Origin: Methanomassiliicoccales archaeon
GTDB lineage: Archaea > Thermoplasmatota > Thermoplasmata > Methanomassiliicoccales > UBA472
Length of the DNA stretch: 38,473 nucleotides
Direction of reading: 5' to 3'
Assembly (NCBI GenBank): GCA_016926075.1
Contig: JAFGPG010000001.1
Location: 1 to 38,473 of the forward strand
Below, piece after piece: positions 16,930 to 26,523 of the stretch; within the stretch, counting starts at the first letter, position 1, and every line of letters starts with the position of its first letter. The notes beneath the pieces are model-generated. The model worked only from the letters and a program-made list of their open reading frames with translations, searched no databases and was not told the DNA's origin. The position numbers and the translations under genes are program-made.

Positions 16930-18099
16930 CTGAAGATAGCCATGTTCACCGATTCCTACCTTCCCACCCGGGACGGTGTGGTCACCTCACTGCTCCTGAC
17001 CAAGAGGGAGCTGGAGAGGATGGGGCATCAGGTGTACATCTTCGCTCCCTGTCCGGCCAAGGGCGGTGAGCGCGAGGAAGGTGTCCATTACTTCAGGTCC
17101 ATCGGGTTCAACAGGTACTCCGGATACCGCATACCTCTCTTCCCCACCAACAAGTGCGAGATACTGACCCATCTGGATGTGGACGTCATACACGTGCATG
17201 GGCTCATGTTCCAGGCTGTGAGGAGCCTGTTGGCCGGCCGGGCCTTGGGCAAGCCGGTGGTGCTGACCTTCCATACCATGGTGACGGATGCGGCCAGGTT
17301 CTACAACTTCACTCCCTTCCCGGAATGGGTGGTCCAGCTGGGCCTGTGGAGCTATTTGCGCATCATATTGAGCCGCCCGGAAGTGGTCATCGCTCCCACC
17401 CACACCATCAAGATGGAGATTAAGCGCTACGCCCCGCACATCCGACGCTTCGAGGTCATCCCCACCGGGGTGGACCTGGACCGCTTCCATCCGGACATCG
17501 ACGGGGGCGCCGTTCGGGAGAGGTACGGACTGCAGGGAAAGAAGGTCATACTGCATCTGGGCCGCATCGCCTGGGAGAAGAACATCGACCTGGTGCTGAG
17601 GGGCTTCACCAGATTGCTGCGCCGGGAGCCGGAGGCCGTATTGGTGATGGTGGGGGAGGGGCCGGCCAAGGAGCACCTGCAGGAGCTGGCCCGCGAGCTG
17701 AACGTTGAGGACAAGGTCCTGTTCACCGGCTTCGTCCCGGATGACGAGCTGCCACAGTTCTACGCCGCCTGCGACGTCCTGACCCTGGCCAGCAAGTTCG
17801 AGACCCAGGGCCTGGTCATCCTGGAGGCCATGGCCTTGGGGAAACCGGTGTCCGGTATCCGCTATCGGGCGGTGGAGGAGCTGATCAGGGAGGGCGAGAA
17901 CGGTGAGCTGTTCAACGAGACCCCTCAGAGCTGGGCCTCGGCCACCTTGCGTTTATTGAGGGACCCGGAAAGATATCGGGAGGGGGCCTTGGCCAGGGCC
18001 AACGAGTTCTCTGCTGGTCAGTGGACCACCAGGCTCGTGGACATATACAGGTACGCCGTGCAGAGCAAGGCGGCCAGGGTGGGCAGAAAGGTTTTATAA
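16930..18099 (+). CDS. GT4 glycosyltransferase (diacylglycerol glucosyltransferase-like); probable CTG start
   Basis: (M)KIAMFTDSYLPTRDGVVTS, IPTGVD, GRIAWEKNID, SKFETQGLVILEAMA; first ATG is 16942. Confidence 0.9.
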   Translation: MKIAMFTDSYLPTRDGVVTSLLLTKRELERMGHQVYIFAPCPAKGGEREEGVHYFRSIGFNRYSGYRIPLFPTNKCEILTHLDVDVIHVHGLMFQAVRSLLAGRALGKPVVLTFHTMVTDAARFYNFTPFPEWVVQLGLWSYLRIILSRPEVVIAPTHTIKMEIKRYAPHIRRFEVIPTGVDLDRFHPDIDGGAVRERYGLQGKKVILHLGRIAWEKNIDLVLRGFTRLLRREPEAVLVMVGEGPAKEHLQELARELNVEDKVLFTGFVPDDELPQFYAACDVLTLASKFETQGLVILEAMALGKPVSGIRYRAVEELIREGENGELFNETPQSWASATLRLLRDPERYREGALARANEFSAGQWTTRLVDIYRYAVQSKAARVGRKVL

Positions 18100-18121
18100 A
18101 CATCTGGGCGTACCAGATGGG

Positions 18122-18742
18122 ATGTTATCCCTCGGCGAGGCCTTCTATGGGTTCTTCTCGCCCCTGGGCCTGCTGGGTTGGCTGATGTGCACCTTCCTGC
18201 TCTTCTACATCGACGCCATCGTCTTTCCCACCCTTCCCGAGCTCTTCGTGGTCCTCTTCTACATGGCCGGCCATGGGACCTTGCCCGATTGGGAGCTATG
18301 GGCCCTTTTCGTGGCCGTCATAGCCCTGGCGGAAATCGGGGGGTTGACCACCCTGTACCTGGTGGTGAGCAGGGTGCGCGTCCCGCCCCGGGTGGCCTCC
18401 GTGGCGGACAGGTACCGGCGTTTCCTGCTGTGCACCGACGAGCGGATGATATTGCTCAATCGCGTGGCCCCCTTCCTTCCTTTCACGGGGGCCTTCGTGG
18501 CCATATTCGGATGGTCCTACAGAAGGTCGCTGTTCTATCTGGTGCTGGGTGGGACCCTCAAGTACGGGCTCATCCTGGCCGCCAGTAGCTATTTCCTCAA
18601 CTATCTGGAGAAGGGGGTGGCGGCCGATATCACCCTCATCATGGTGGCCATCATACTGGTCCTCAGCTTCATCGCCTCCGTCTACCGCAAGCGCAGGGCG
18701 GACAGGGAGGGGTGCGAAGGGCAACCGTCCTCGCCGCTGTGA
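18122..18742 (+). CDS. Membrane protein, DedA/VTT-like
   Basis: About five hydrophobic segments; DAIVFPTLPE and LNRVAPFLP..AIFGWSYRR resemble DedA motifs. Confidence 0.65.
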   Translation: MLSLGEAFYGFFSPLGLLGWLMCTFLLFYIDAIVFPTLPELFVVLFYMAGHGTLPDWELWALFVAVIALAEIGGLTTLYLVVSRVRVPPRVASVADRYRRFLLCTDERMILLNRVAPFLPFTGAFVAIFGWSYRRSLFYLVLGGTLKYGLILAASSYFLNYLEKGVAADITLIMVAIILVLSFIASVYRKRRADREGCEGQPSSPL

Positions 18743-18877
18743 GGACCAGGGGGGCATCTCCCTTTGTCCACGATCGACCGGGGGCCCTCCCCTTCGATGG
18801 TGCGATGAAGAATGGCGGAGGATAGGAGCGCGTATAATGACCGAGCGAGGTACGCCCTCGGAAAGGGGACCGGTACC

Positions 18878-19771
18878 TCAATCGACGATGGAGACCACGG
18901 AGATGATGAACACCAGGGTCTTGCCCTGAAGTTCGCTGTTGTAGTTCCTTACCGCCGTTCCGCCGGCGGTGTCCACCTGGATGACAAAGAAGGTGCTGGA
19001 GCCGTCCACGCCCTTGACCATGTCGCTGTCCGCATCGTCCAGCTGATGCTCGATGGTGATCCGGTCGCTGCCGCTATCGATGTCGGTGACCTGGACGTCC
19101 CATCCGGAGTCGCCATCCCCGTAGATGCGGTACTTCTCGTTGAGTGTTGGCACGTTCTTGACCGTGACCTGATCGGCCTGCACATCCCACTCCAAAACGG
19201 TCACCGGCCAACCGTAGAAGGGGTCGGTGACTGTCAGGCCGTTCACGGGGCCCACCCCATATTCGCTCTGGAAGGAGGAATAGGTATGGGTCTCCAGGAG
19301 GGGGACCGTCTCCACGAGATCGAACGAGATAAGCTTGGACTGGTCCATGGCGCCGTACGCCTCTTCCGGAGGGATCGTCACCGTCTTGGTCTCCCCCACC
19401 CTCATGCCCACCACCCCATTCTCGAACCCGCTGATCATCTCACCCTCGCCCACGGTGAAGGACAGTGGGGTATAGGAGCTCTCGCTGCGCAGGTTGAAGG
19501 ACAGGGTCTTGGGGTAATTGGCATCGTCGATGGCTATGGAGTAGTTGGAGGTGTCGAAGACCCGGCCGTCCGTCAGCTTGCCGATGTAATCCACCGTGAT
19601 GGTGTGCCCCATGGCCACCACATCACTGGTGGACTCCTCGGACTGGCCACCCTGATAGAGCATGATGACCACGGTGCTGGCGCTGACCATCAGCAGGGCG
19701 ATGAGAACGATGAGCAGGACGTTCACTGCGCCCGTGACGTCCCTTGCCAGCTTCGAGGACCTTGGGACCAT
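18878..19771 (-). CDS. Membrane-anchored/secreted FKBP-type PPIase with expanded insert-in-flap region
   Basis: N-terminal TM; ITVDYIGKLTDGRVFDTS, PLSFTVGEGEMISGFE, IPPEEAYG, YNSELQGKTLVF. Confidence 0.88.
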   Translation of the reverse strand: MVPRSSKLARDVTGAVNVLLIVLIALLMVSASTVVIMLYQGGQSEESTSDVVAMGHTITVDYIGKLTDGRVFDTSNYSIAIDDANYPKTLSFNLRSESSYTPLSFTVGEGEMISGFENGVVGMRVGETKTVTIPPEEAYGAMDQSKLISFDLVETVPLLETHTYSSFQSEYGVGPVNGLTVTDPFYGWPVTVLEWDVQADQVTVKNVPTLNEKYRIYGDGDSGWDVQVTDIDSGSDRITIEHQLDDADSDMVKGVDGSSTFFVIQVDTAGGTAVRNYNSELQGKTLVFIISVVSIVD

Positions 19772-19904
19772 GCGTCCCGGCAAAATGATTACTTGAATTT
19801 AAACCTTGCTTACACCCCACCACAGGTCCAGATATCCAGGGGCTTTATCGGAATCGCTTATTTATACACGTTGGCCATTACACATCAACCCACCAGGCGA
19901 TAAG

Positions 19905-21740
19905 ATGCGGACCCTCTACATTCACGCGGACTTCATGGAGTTCGAGGTCAAGAAGCCCACCCCCCTGGCCGAACCGATCACCGATGAGGAGAGAACGGGG
20001 AGGATGGAGGAGGTGCTAGTGGCCTTCCTGACCGTGGAAAGACAGGACCAGGACAGGGCGGTGCAGGTGGCATCCCAGGCCTCTCAGGACATCATGGAGA
20101 CCGCCCGAAGGGTGGGGGCGGAACGCATCATGCTCTATCCCTACGCCCATCTGAGCCCGGACCTTTCCGACGCTGAGACCGGCAAGCGGGTCCTGAGGGA
20201 GATGGAAGGTATCGTTTCCGATTCCGGTTGGCAGGTACATCGCGCCCCCTTTGGCTGGTACAAGGCCTTCAAGATCAGCTGCAAGGGGCACCCCCTCTCC
20301 GAGCTTTCCCGGGAGATAGTGGGGGAGGAGACCGAGGAGGCCCCCAAGGGCGAGGAGCGCTTCATCGTGCTGCTCCCGGACGGAACGGAGATGGCCCCCG
20401 AGGACTTCCAAGGGGGCACCGAATGCTTCCAGATCATGATGGCCAAGGAGGCGCTCAAGAAGGATTGGCCAGGTGTGGGAGAGGTCAAGTACACCCGCCT
20501 CTGCAGGAAGTTCGGTATCAACTGGGAGAGCATGAGCGATTCCGGTCACATGTGCTTCTCGCCCAAGGGAGCCCTGATGTTCGATCTGGTGGCCGACCAT
20601 TCCTGGAACGTGGTGAACTCCCTGGACCTGCCGGTGTACACCGTCCGAGGCACCAACATGTTCAGCCTGGACGAGGGACCGGTGGCCGAGCACGCCAAGC
20701 TCTTCGGGGACCGGCTGTACGTCATCAAGGGTGAGAAGCGGGACTTCGTCATGAGGTACGCCGCCTGCCATCAGCAGTTCGCCATGATGCGCCTGTGGAA
20801 CATCAGCTACAAGACGTTGCCCTTCGGGGCCTTCGAGGTGGCCGACTCGTACCGTCTGGAGCAGTCCGGGGAGACCATGCTCTGCTTCCGCACCCGGCGC
20901 ATGAACATGCCCGACCTGCACGTTGTGTGCGCGGACATACGGGAATCGGAGGAATGGTTCAGGCGTCTGGACCAGCGCATATACCAGGAGGCCGCATACC
21001 TGGGGCGGGACTACGAGATGCTGGTCAACTTCTCTTCGTGGGACGCCTACCGGCAGCACAAGGACATGCTCCTGAGCATCGTGCGTCAGCATGACCGGCC
21101 GGCCTTGCTCCACTTCTACCCCGAGGGGATCAACTACTACTGGACGGTCAACATCGAATACCATATTCTGGACGATATGAGGCGGGCTCGGGAGATCGGG
21201 ACGGTCCAGATCGACGTGGGCAACGCCGAGCGCTTCGGCATCACCTTCACCGATGAGACTGGCAGGAAGGTGTTCCCGGTCATCCTGCACTCCGCGGTCA
21301 TCGGCACCATCGAGCGTTACCTGTACATGCTCTTCGATACCGCGGTGCGGGAGGAACGTCAGGGTAAGGTGGGCACCCTGCCCACCTGGGTCCTGCCGGA
21401 GCAGGTGCGTTTCATGAGCGTCTCCGAGAACCACCTGCATAGGGCCAACCAGCTGGCGGACCGGGTGCAGCAGGCCCAGGTACGGGTGGGGGTGGACGAT
21501 CGCTCGGAGACGGTGGGGAAGAAGGTGCGCGAGGCCAAGCAGGACTGGGTGGCCTACGCCATCGTGGTGGGGGACAGGGAGCTCGATTCGGAGCTTCTGA
21601 CCGTCTATGACAGGGCACAGAACAAGAACGTGGAGATGAGCGTGGACCAGCTCGTGGAAAAGGTGAGGTCGGAGATCGAGGGAATGCCCTTCCGGCCCAT
21701 GTACATGCCCCGCGAGCTGAGCCGGCGGGTGGACTTCTAG
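19905..21740 (+). CDS. thrS: Threonine--tRNA ligase, archaeal type with N-terminal editing domain
   Basis: YPYAHLS, RAPFGWYKAF.ISCKGHPLSELSR, RYAAC, SYRLEQSGE, MPDLH, GTIERY. Confidence 0.97.
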   Translation: MRTLYIHADFMEFEVKKPTPLAEPITDEERTGRMEEVLVAFLTVERQDQDRAVQVASQASQDIMETARRVGAERIMLYPYAHLSPDLSDAETGKRVLREMEGIVSDSGWQVHRAPFGWYKAFKISCKGHPLSELSREIVGEETEEAPKGEERFIVLLPDGTEMAPEDFQGGTECFQIMMAKEALKKDWPGVGEVKYTRLCRKFGINWESMSDSGHMCFSPKGALMFDLVADHSWNVVNSLDLPVYTVRGTNMFSLDEGPVAEHAKLFGDRLYVIKGEKRDFVMRYAACHQQFAMMRLWNISYKTLPFGAFEVADSYRLEQSGETMLCFRTRRMNMPDLHVVCADIRESEEWFRRLDQRIYQEAAYLGRDYEMLVNFSSWDAYRQHKDMLLSIVRQHDRPALLHFYPEGINYYWTVNIEYHILDDMRRAREIGTVQIDVGNAERFGITFTDETGRKVFPVILHSAVIGTIERYLYMLFDTAVREERQGKVGTLPTWVLPEQVRFMSVSENHLHRANQLADRVQQAQVRVGVDDRSETVGKKVREAKQDWVAYAIVVGDRELDSELLTVYDRAQNKNVEMSVDQLVEKVRSEIEGMPFRPMYMPRELSRRVDF

Positions 21741-21750
21741 AGGTGTTCCC

Positions 21751-22827
21751 TTGAGGGTCGTGCAGGTCAGTGCGTTCCACTATCCTTTCATGGGGGGGAT
21801 AGAGCATCGCATGCACCATGTCTGCAGCCGTCTCGGAAGGGACCACGAGGTCTTCGTTATCACCAGCCGTCTTCCGGGGACGGCGGAGCGGGAGAGCATG
21901 GACGGGTACACGGTCATCCGGCTGCCTTCCACCTTCATCGGCCTGTACAATCCCCCGTACGTGCGCATATCAGGGGTGAGGAAGGCACTGTGCGACCTGG
22001 AACCGGACCTGGTGGACCTGCACTATCGCTGGGCGGGTACGCTGACCAAGGCCGTCCTGGACTGCCCCACCCCCCGGGTCTACACCTGTCATAACACCAT
22101 CGGCGAGGGCATGGGCCTGGTCCATTACCTCAGCGAGCTGAACGACCGCCTTTTCCTGAGGCATCTGGGTCAGTTCGACAAGGTCATCTGCGTCTCCGAC
22201 TACATGAAGGCCGATGTGGCCGCGCGCGGCATCCCGGAGGACCGGTTGGTCACCATCTACAACGGCGTGGACCTGCCCAAGGTGAACGGCGAGGAGGGGG
22301 ACTACGTGCTGTCCCTGGGAAGGCTGGTCCGCCTCAAGGGACTGGACCACCTGATAAGGGCCATGGCCCGTACCGACGCCCAGCTGAAGATCTGCGGGGA
22401 GGGGCCGGAGAGGAAGAGCCTGGAGCGGCTGTCATATCGCCTGGGGCTCACCGATCGCATCGACTTCATGGGGTGGGTGAGCGAGGAGGAGAAGCGCGCC
22501 ATGCTTTCCCAATGCCGTATTTTCGTTATACCCTCGGTGCACGAGGCCTATGGCATGGTGGCGGCGGAGGCCATGTCCTATGGGAAACCGGTCATCGCCT
22601 CCTCCACCGGCGGATTGCCGGAGGTGGTGGGGGACGCGGGGATCCTGGTGCCGCCGCAGGACGAGGACAGATTGGCCGGTGCCATCAACGAGCTGAACGG
22701 GGACCCGGAGCGCAGGAGGGCCCTGGGCAGGGCCGCCCGGGAGAGGATGGGAGCCTTCACCTGGGAGGAGATCGCCAAACGAACCGCTGAGACCTACGCG
22801 GAGGTCGTCAACGATAGGCGTCGATGA
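21751..22827 (+). CDS. GT4 glycosyltransferase
   Basis: TTG start after GAGGTG; GGIE, IYNGVD, GRLVRLKG, EAYGMVAAEAMSYGKPVI. Confidence 0.9.
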   Translation: MRVVQVSAFHYPFMGGIEHRMHHVCSRLGRDHEVFVITSRLPGTAERESMDGYTVIRLPSTFIGLYNPPYVRISGVRKALCDLEPDLVDLHYRWAGTLTKAVLDCPTPRVYTCHNTIGEGMGLVHYLSELNDRLFLRHLGQFDKVICVSDYMKADVAARGIPEDRLVTIYNGVDLPKVNGEEGDYVLSLGRLVRLKGLDHLIRAMARTDAQLKICGEGPERKSLERLSYRLGLTDRIDFMGWVSEEEKRAMLSQCRIFVIPSVHEAYGMVAAEAMSYGKPVIASSTGGLPEVVGDAGILVPPQDEDRLAGAINELNGDPERRRALGRAARERMGAFTWEEIAKRTAETYAEVVNDRRR

Positions 22828-23557
22828 CCTGGACCTCGCTCAGTCCCACGCTCCACACCTGGCCCATCTCGAAGCTCACGTCCAGGACATGTCCCCCATA
22901 GGACAGGTCATCGCTCAGGAAGTGCAAATGGAACCCGGCGACGTTGACCTCCCCCAGCCCCTCATGGATCACGAACCCTATGAGCGATCCGCTGATATCG
23001 TGCAGGACCGTGGTCGATTGTGCGGCTATCACCTCGGCCAGAGGGGGATATGGCTCCTGCTGGCCCGGGACGCTACGTATGGTCAGCGATCCGAACTCCG
23101 TCTGGACGAGTACGGCGGACACGATGTGATCGCCCGCCTGCTCGTAGAACCGCTCCTGGAGCACCGTGTAGTTGCCGACATCGTAGGCCCAGAAGGCGTC
23201 GCCGGCATCCTCATCGAAATCGGCCACCATGGCGAAGGGTATACCGGTCCCCCGGGGTACCTCATGGGGCACCATGTCCGTACCGGCCCGGTAGGCGACC
23301 CCGTCCAGAATCATCATCTCCCCATCGATGCCCTCCACGGTGCCGATGCCGAGGCCCCCCTTCTCCAGCAGCTCCTCGATGGTGATCAGCCCGCGGTACC
23401 CCCCGGCACTGAGACTCGCGTATGTCGAGACCTGGAAATATCGAGCGTCACCGCTGAGGTCGTTGCCCTCCCCGGGCGCCATCCAGTAACCCAACAGGCC
23501 GCTGCTCGTCATCAACAGCGCCACCACAAGGACCAGCCCTATCCTCTTCCTCTCCAT
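22808..23557 (-). CDS. Alpha-acetolactate decarboxylase (AlsD/BudA family) with N-terminal signal/TM segment
   Basis: FQVST..L..G.Y, G.GIGT..GIDGEM, RSVP.Q..PYPPL, GFHLHFLSDD..YGGHVLD zinc motif. Confidence 0.88.
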   Translation of the reverse strand: MERKRIGLVLVVALLMTSSGLLGYWMAPGEGNDLSGDARYFQVSTYASLSAGGYRGLITIEELLEKGGLGIGTVEGIDGEMMILDGVAYRAGTDMVPHEVPRGTGIPFAMVADFDEDAGDAFWAYDVGNYTVLQERFYEQAGDHIVSAVLVQTEFGSLTIRSVPGQQEPYPPLAEVIAAQSTTVLHDISGSLIGFVIHEGLGEVNVAGFHLHFLSDDLSYGGHVLDVSFEMGQVWSVGLSEVQVIDAYR

Positions 23558-23646
23558 GTGCGACAAATAATCTTGTCAGGTATATAGAAGTGAACAGGGT
23601 AGAAGGATGGGAGGAAAAGGTTTGAGGTCCGTGTGGGTACGCGCCC

Positions 23647-24762
23647 TCACTTCATCCTGTGTATGGCGTCGACCACCGCGTCCCCCATCTGCCTGGTGGT
23701 GGCATTGCCGCCCAGGTCCTTGGTGTAGACGCCCTGGTCGAAGGCCCCGCGCACCCCGTCGAAGATGACCTGCCCCAGGTCCCGGCGGCCCAGGTTGTCC
23801 ATCATCATCTTGGCCGCTAGTATGGTGGCCACGGGGTTGATGCGGTTCATGCCCTTGTACTTGGGGGCCGAGCCGTGCACCGGTTCGAACATGGATATGC
23901 CCTGGGGGTTGATGTTCCCGCCCGGGGCCAGACCGAGGCCGCCGGTCACCTCGGCCAGCAGGTCGGTGATGATGTCCCCGAACATGTTCGGCGTTGCCAC
24001 GACCCGGAACCTGTCCGGGTTCTTGACCAGGGCCATGGTCATGGCGTCGACGAACATGAAGCCCAGCTGCTTCCCGGCGCGCCGGCACTTATCGGCCCAT
24101 ACCTCCCGCCATAGGGAGTAGATGTTACTGCAAACGTTGGCCTTGTCCACCACGGTGATGTAGTTCTCGTTGATTAGATCGCAGTATTCGATGACGTGGT
24201 CGGCGAAGCGCTCGATGTTCCTGCGGGACATCATGCCTATCTCGAAGGCGTAGTCGTCCGGCGCATCAGCGTCAACGTCCAGGCGCACCTTCATATCGTA
24301 GAGATGTCGCTTCACCCGAAGGTCCAAGGTGCCCTTGCCCTGGGAGATCCTTCCCCCGACCGCCACGTAATAGTCCTCGGTGTTCTCCCGGAAGACGTCT
24401 ATGTTGAAGTCCACCTCCCTCTTGAGACGACCGAAGGGCTTCCACAGCGGCGCCGGGCGGTGGTTGACGTACTGGTCAAAGGTGAAGCGCAGTGCCAGCA
24501 GGATGCCCTTCTCCAGGATGCCGGGTTTCACGCGGTCGTCCCCGATGGCCCCCAGGAAGATGGTGTCGAACCTCTTCAACTGGCCGATGTCCTCGTCGGT
24601 CAGCAGTTCCCCGGTGCGCAGATAGCGCTCGGAATTGATCTCGAACTCCTGGAAGTCGAACTTGACCGAGTAGTTCTCGGACAGTACGTCCAACACCTTC
24701 ATCGCCTCGGCCACCACCTCCGGGCCTATGCCATCGCCCGGCAGCACCGCTATCTTGTACAT
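23647..24762 (-). CDS. leuB: 3-isopropylmalate dehydrogenase (isocitrate/isopropylmalate dehydrogenase family)
   Basis: [43 protein letters not shown]; operon context. Confidence 0.85.
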   Translation of the reverse strand: MYKIAVLPGDGIGPEVVAEAMKVLDVLSENYSVKFDFQEFEINSERYLRTGELLTDEDIGQLKRFDTIFLGAIGDDRVKPGILEKGILLALRFTFDQYVNHRPAPLWKPFGRLKREVDFNIDVFRENTEDYYVAVGGRISQGKGTLDLRVKRHLYDMKVRLDVDADAPDDYAFEIGMMSRRNIERFADHVIEYCDLINENYITVVDKANVCSNIYSLWREVWADKCRRAGKQLGFMFVDAMTMALVKNPDRFRVVATPNMFGDIITDLLAEVTGGLGLAPGGNINPQGISMFEPVHGSAPKYKGMNRINPVATILAAKMMMDNLGRRDLGQVIFDGVRGAFDQGVYTKDLGGNATTRQMGDAVVDAIHRMK

Positions 24763-25244
24763 CTCTTATCCTCCCTGATCTTGGCCATGAGGCCCCCTTT
24801 GTCTATCAGTTCCTGGACGAAGGCCGGGAAGGGTGCGAAGCTCCACTCCCTCCCCTTGGTCTCGTTGATTATCGTCCCCGTGCCGAAGTCCACGGCGAGG
24901 ACGTCGCCGTCCTCCGCCTCTATCTGACACTCCACAGGTAACAGGCCGGTGTTAATGCAGTTCCTATAGAATATCCTTGCGTAGCTCTGGGCGACGACGC
25001 ACGATATGCCCATCTGAAGGAGCGCCCGCGGAGCGTGCTCCCGGCTGGAGCCGCAGCCGAAGTTCCTGCCGGCCACTATGATGTCCCCCTTGCTCACCCT
25101 GGCTGCCATGCCCGGCCTCACCTTCTCGAAGGCGAAGGTCCCCAGACGGTCGTTGTTGTCGCTGGTCAGGCGCTCCGCCGGAATGATCTGATCGGTGTCC
25201 ACATGGTCCCCGAAGGCCCATACCCTTCCCCGTACGTTCCTCAT
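24750..25244 (-). CDS. leuD: 3-isopropylmalate dehydratase small subunit
   Basis: GDHVDTDQIIP, GRNFGCGSSREHA, SYARIFYRN. Confidence 0.9.
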   Translation of the reverse strand: MRNVRGRVWAFGDHVDTDQIIPAERLTSDNNDRLGTFAFEKVRPGMAARVSKGDIIVAGRNFGCGSSREHAPRALLQMGISCVVAQSYARIFYRNCINTGLLPVECQIEAEDGDVLAVDFGTGTIINETKGREWSFAPFPAFVQELIDKGGLMAKIREDKRCTR

Positions 25245-26512
25245 CCCCTCACCTCCAGGTCACGGGGGTCGGTGATCCTGCCGGTGACCGCCGAGGCGGC
25301 CACCACCGCCGGTCCGGCCAGGTACACCTCGGAGTCCCGGTGCCCCATGCGCCCGATGAAGTTGCGGTTGGTGCTGCTGACGCACCTCTCACCGGCGGCC
25401 AGTATGCCCATGTGTCCTCCCAGGCAGGCCCCGCAGGTTGGTCCGGAGATGAACGCTCCGGCGCGGGAGAGCTCGGCCAGCAGCCCTTCTGACAGGGCTT
25501 GCTCGAAGACCTTGGTGGAGGCAGGAACGACGATCATGCGCACCTCCGGGTGTACCTTCCTTCCCCGCAGCACCTCCGTCGCCAGGCGCAGGTCCTCGAT
25601 CCTGCCGTTGGTGCAGGAGCCCAGGTAGGCCTGGTCGATGCTCACGTCCACATCCCTGGCCTTCCTCCCGTTGGATGGCAGATGGGGCAGGGCGACCATG
25701 CTCTCCAGCTGGGAGAGGTCGTACTCCAGGACACGTTCGTAGCTGGCACCCTCGTCGGCATGTACGGGGGTGATGTCGTTCTTGCCCACGGATCTCATGA
25801 AGTCCGCCGTGGCCCCATCGCAGGGGAATATGCCTGCCTTCCCGCCAGCCTCGATGGCCATATTGGAAACGGTCAAGCGGTCAGAGACGGTGAGCTCGGC
25901 CACCCCGCTGCCCGCGAACTCCAGGGCCCTGTAGTTGGCCCCGTCCACACCGATGTCGCTGATGAGCTTGAGCACCAGGTCCTTGCCCCCCACGTACCTC
26001 GAGAGGCGACCCTTGAGCATCACGCGTATGGAGGCTGGCACTTTGAACCATAGGCGGCCGGTGGCGAACACCGCCGCCGCCTCGGAGCTGCCTACCCCGG
26101 TGGAGAAGGCGTTGATCCCGCCGTAGGTGCAGGTGTGGGAATCGGCGCCCACCACCAGGGCACCGGGGTAGGCGAAGCCCTCCTCCAGCATGACCTGGTG
26201 GCATACGCCTCCCCTGCCCACCTCGAAGTAGTTGACTATGCCCCAGCGTTTGGCGAACTCCCTCATCTCCTTGGCCTGCTGGGCGGAGGCCACGTCCTTG
26301 TTAGGGACGAAATGGTCGGGGATGAGCACGATGCGCTCCCGTACCGGCTCGCATCCCAGTGCCTCGAACTCCTGGAAGGCCAGAGGGCCGGTCACGTCGT
26401 TGACCATGACATGGTCCACCTCCGCCTCCACGATGTCCCCGGCCCTGGCGTCCTGTCCGGATTTCAGCGATAGAATCTTCTCCGATATGGTCTTGGGATG
26501 GTCTGGCGTCAT
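25241..26512 (-). CDS. leuC: 3-isopropylmalate dehydratase large subunit
   Basis: DHF, GVCHQV, GADSHTCT.G, GSCTNGRIEDL, CGACLG, STNRNF.GRMG. Confidence 0.92.
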   Translation of the reverse strand: MTPDHPKTISEKILSLKSGQDARAGDIVEAEVDHVMVNDVTGPLAFQEFEALGCEPVRERIVLIPDHFVPNKDVASAQQAKEMREFAKRWGIVNYFEVGRGGVCHQVMLEEGFAYPGALVVGADSHTCTYGGINAFSTGVGSSEAAAVFATGRLWFKVPASIRVMLKGRLSRYVGGKDLVLKLISDIGVDGANYRALEFAGSGVAELTVSDRLTVSNMAIEAGGKAGIFPCDGATADFMRSVGKNDITPVHADEGASYERVLEYDLSQLESMVALPHLPSNGRKARDVDVSIDQAYLGSCTNGRIEDLRLATEVLRGRKVHPEVRMIVVPASTKVFEQALSEGLLAELSRAGAFISGPTCGACLGGHMGILAAGERCVSSTNRNFIGRMGHRDSEVYLAGPAVVAASAVTGRITDPRDLEVRG

Positions 26513-26523
26513 GTACTACCTTC

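Noticed and set aside
18743-18877. 135-nt convergent spacer as ncRNA
   Set aside because: Only a weak CCGAG/CTCGG stem and no recognisable family motif
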